Assembly (NCBI GenBank): GCA_000708835.1
Contig: DF237709.1
Span: 1 to 35,589 of the forward strand
DNA from: Klebsormidium nitens
Lineage: Eukaryota; Plantae; Klebsormidiophyceae
Reading direction: 5' to 3'
DNA: 35,589 nucleotides
Numbering within the stretch: position 1 is the stretch's first letter; each line of letters begins with the position of its first letter. The notes beneath the pieces are model-generated. The model made no database searches and was not told the DNA's origin. It saw only the letters and a list, made by a program, of their open reading frames with translations. Shown in pieces: positions 35,501-35,589 of the stretch. The position numbers and the translations under genes were made by a program.

Positions 35501-35571
35501 GACGTCATTTTGTTGGCCGGCTGACGTCGTGATGGGGGTAAAGACTAGGGGTTGCAGAACCAGGGCCGCAT
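14180..35571 (-). CDS. Giant filamin-Ig-repeat / REJ-domain single-pass membrane protein (polycystin-1-like ectodomain), 5'-truncated by the window; 16 exons, ~3,680 aa in window
   Basis: Exons 34622-35571, 33569-33742, 31832-32236, 29081-30775, 27853-28218, 24534-26897, 22993-23938, 22455-22633, 21683-21821, 18811-20967, 17563-18171, 16809-17044, 16114-16282, 15498-15654, 14966-15066, 14180-14577 (11,045 nt), all GT-AG and phase-compatible. Contains filamin-type motifs (RDAFGN, DNGDGTYDVSF, IRGSPFAVSV), the REJ-like signature PPFNGGLLVAPVGG..FVFALTASGW..PSLTYVYSY and one C-terminal hydrophobic helix. Confidence 0.9.
14288..14362 (-). other. Single transmembrane helix followed by a basic stop-transfer motif
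   Basis: LGVSLGVALAALLLCCAGLCCVVSI followed by RRKRQR. Confidence 0.85.
14966..15066 (-). CDS. Giant gene exon
   Basis: gtgccag|.HIAVPLLLVDASYGGSSIVTQVQATLSLKRPAQ.|gtaagc; phase 2-1. Confidence 0.75.
15498..15654 (-). CDS. Giant gene exon
   Basis: tgtgcag|.IGSAPLQPFDYRTIVGPWTVSMNVSDLSLPAGSQVAVTVTSYAGLNSIFDR.|gtaagt; phase 1-2. Confidence 0.8.
16114..16282 (-). CDS. Giant gene exon
   Basis: ttccacag|CYLRLWASLLASG...GNVSMTTAN.|gtaagt. Confidence 0.8.
16809..17044 (-). CDS. Giant gene exon (helical, GAIN-A-like position)
   Basis: tgtgcag|.TAAWALQLLAAVQSLPD...TLSETAAK|gtgagg. Confidence 0.82.
17045..17385 (-). repeat. ~3 degenerate copies of the acceptor and 5' end of exon 16809-17044
   Basis: aacaagcggaatccgtt-like units at ~17052, ~17140, ~17246 and a weaker one at ~17365. 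One copy translates GQTATWISQLLEA versus exon DTAAWALQLLAA. Confidence 0.65.
17563..18171 (-). CDS. Giant gene exon (REJ C-terminal part)
   Basis: tttacag|.GGRSLVLPKSAL...PPFNGGLLVAPVGG...ASGW...FTRN.|gtgagc. Confidence 0.9.
17700..20290 (-). other. REJ (receptor for egg jelly / polycystin-1) module region
   Basis: Motifs recognised by eye as typical of REJ: FTLDASG, LPAGTLVPGAVYTFSVSV, LTWTQ, YTWSC, LVLPKSAL, PPFNGGLLVAP.GG..F.F.LTASGW, SLTYVY. No HMM was run. Confidence 0.75.
18811..20967 (-). CDS. Giant gene exon (last filamin repeats and first part of REJ module)
   Basis: cttacag|.PLSPAHLAV...SDEFGN...RDAFGN...FTLDASG...YTFSVSVTD...YTWSC...NKTT.|gtaagt; 2157 nt. Confidence 0.92.
21683..21821 (-). 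CDS. Giant gene exon
   Basis: cctgcag|PSADVPTASPDGSYRGAVLSTLAGTFLLRVTSQGATLAQQNVTIVS.|gtgagc; not in the ORF track. Confidence 0.82.
22455..22633 (-). CDS. Giant gene exon
   Basis: cccgcag|.PLDPSSTVLLASAEGTAGMPLAYTVRLYDGNGN...DMAP|gtaagc. Confidence 0.85.
22993..23938 (-). CDS. Giant gene exon (filamin repeats)
   Basis: tctgcag|DSFGNAL...SDSQGN...FTLEVPP.|gtgagt. Confidence 0.9.
24534..26897 (-). CDS. Giant gene exon (about 7 filamin repeats)
   Basis: ttctgtag|GYDTFGN...RDAEGN...RDAYGN...TDAFGN...DNGDGTYDVSF...LTIYLK|gtcagt; 2364 nt. Confidence 0.92.
27853..28218 (-). CDS. Giant gene exon (filamin repeat)
   Basis: atttcag|VAVIETRDAFGSPVNNNG...GRGRFTLL|gtgagc; 366 nt. Confidence 0.88.
28219..28420 (-). 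repeat. Degenerate copy of the acceptor and 5' end of exon 27853-28218
   Basis: gttgctgttgaccggggaaccagatgcgtctcgcg...acagcgacctg (~28358-28411) versus gttgttgttgaccggggaaccgaatgcgtcccggg...acagcaacctg (~28168-28221). Confidence 0.85.
29081..30775 (-). CDS. Giant gene exon (filamin repeats)
   Basis: ttcacag|VYRTPG...TDQWGN...RDAFNN...RDRFGN...SNSFE|gtgggg; 1695 nt. Confidence 0.9.
31832..32236 (-). CDS. Giant gene exon (filamin repeats)
   Basis: cttgcag|ATPAGRNSSFQIVAVDSAG...RDVNNISQ|gtaagg; 405 nt. Confidence 0.88.
32630..33480 (-). repeat. Array of 4-5 degenerate copies of the 3' end and donor of exon 33569-33742 (~170-200 bp period)
   Basis: cacc-ttcagtccttgcacaa...gagaacggacc-like units at ~33385, ~33200, ~33003, ~32872 and a weak one at ~32632, each with a similar purine-rich (plus-strand) flank. 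Confidence 0.88.
33569..33742 (-). CDS. Giant gene exon (filamin repeat)
   Basis: ctttcag|VTANPDGTYSLKYTSATVGPYSLSVLIDGQPIGSPTVVTAVAANGPFSAERSFVQGLK|gtgggt; 174 nt. Confidence 0.88.
34622..35571 (-). CDS. Giant gene exon (filamin repeats), first exon in window
   Basis: tttcatgcag|AT GCG GCC...; LLVDRFDN, GSPFFV, FTPRDEHGN; ends QPG|gtaact. Confidence 0.88.
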
Positions 35572-35589
35572 CTGCATGAAACAAAGGGG

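Noticed and set aside
16786-35579. Many long plus-strand ORFs (e.g. 24525-25034, 29808-30299, 34380-35246)
   Set aside because: They are antisense shadows of GC-rich exons of the giant gene.

Overview
Eukaryotic, intron-rich DNA with GT-AG introns and GC-rich exons. The style resembles a streptophyte alga such as Klebsormidium, but that is inference only. All supportable genes are on the minus strand. (1) A partial ~194-codon low-complexity ORF runs off the left edge (583 to <1). (2) A coiled-coil gene has at least 10 exons (10352 to 2195, ~628 aa) and an unresolved 5' end. (3) A giant type-I membrane protein gene enters from the right edge with 16 exons in the window (35571 to 14180, ~3,680 aa). 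It has about 22 filamin-type Ig repeats, a REJ (polycystin-1/egg-jelly-receptor) module, a Cys-less GPS-like motif, one TM helix and a 35-aa tail. I checked all exon phases by hand and they join in frame. The most unusual non-coding structure is that at least six introns in the two unrelated genes contain tandem, progressively decayed copies ('echoes') of the adjacent exon-intron boundary. The copies nearest the exon in two donor arrays differ from it almost only at synonymous sites. No prokaryotic features, CRISPR arrays, RNA genes or intact transposons were recognised.
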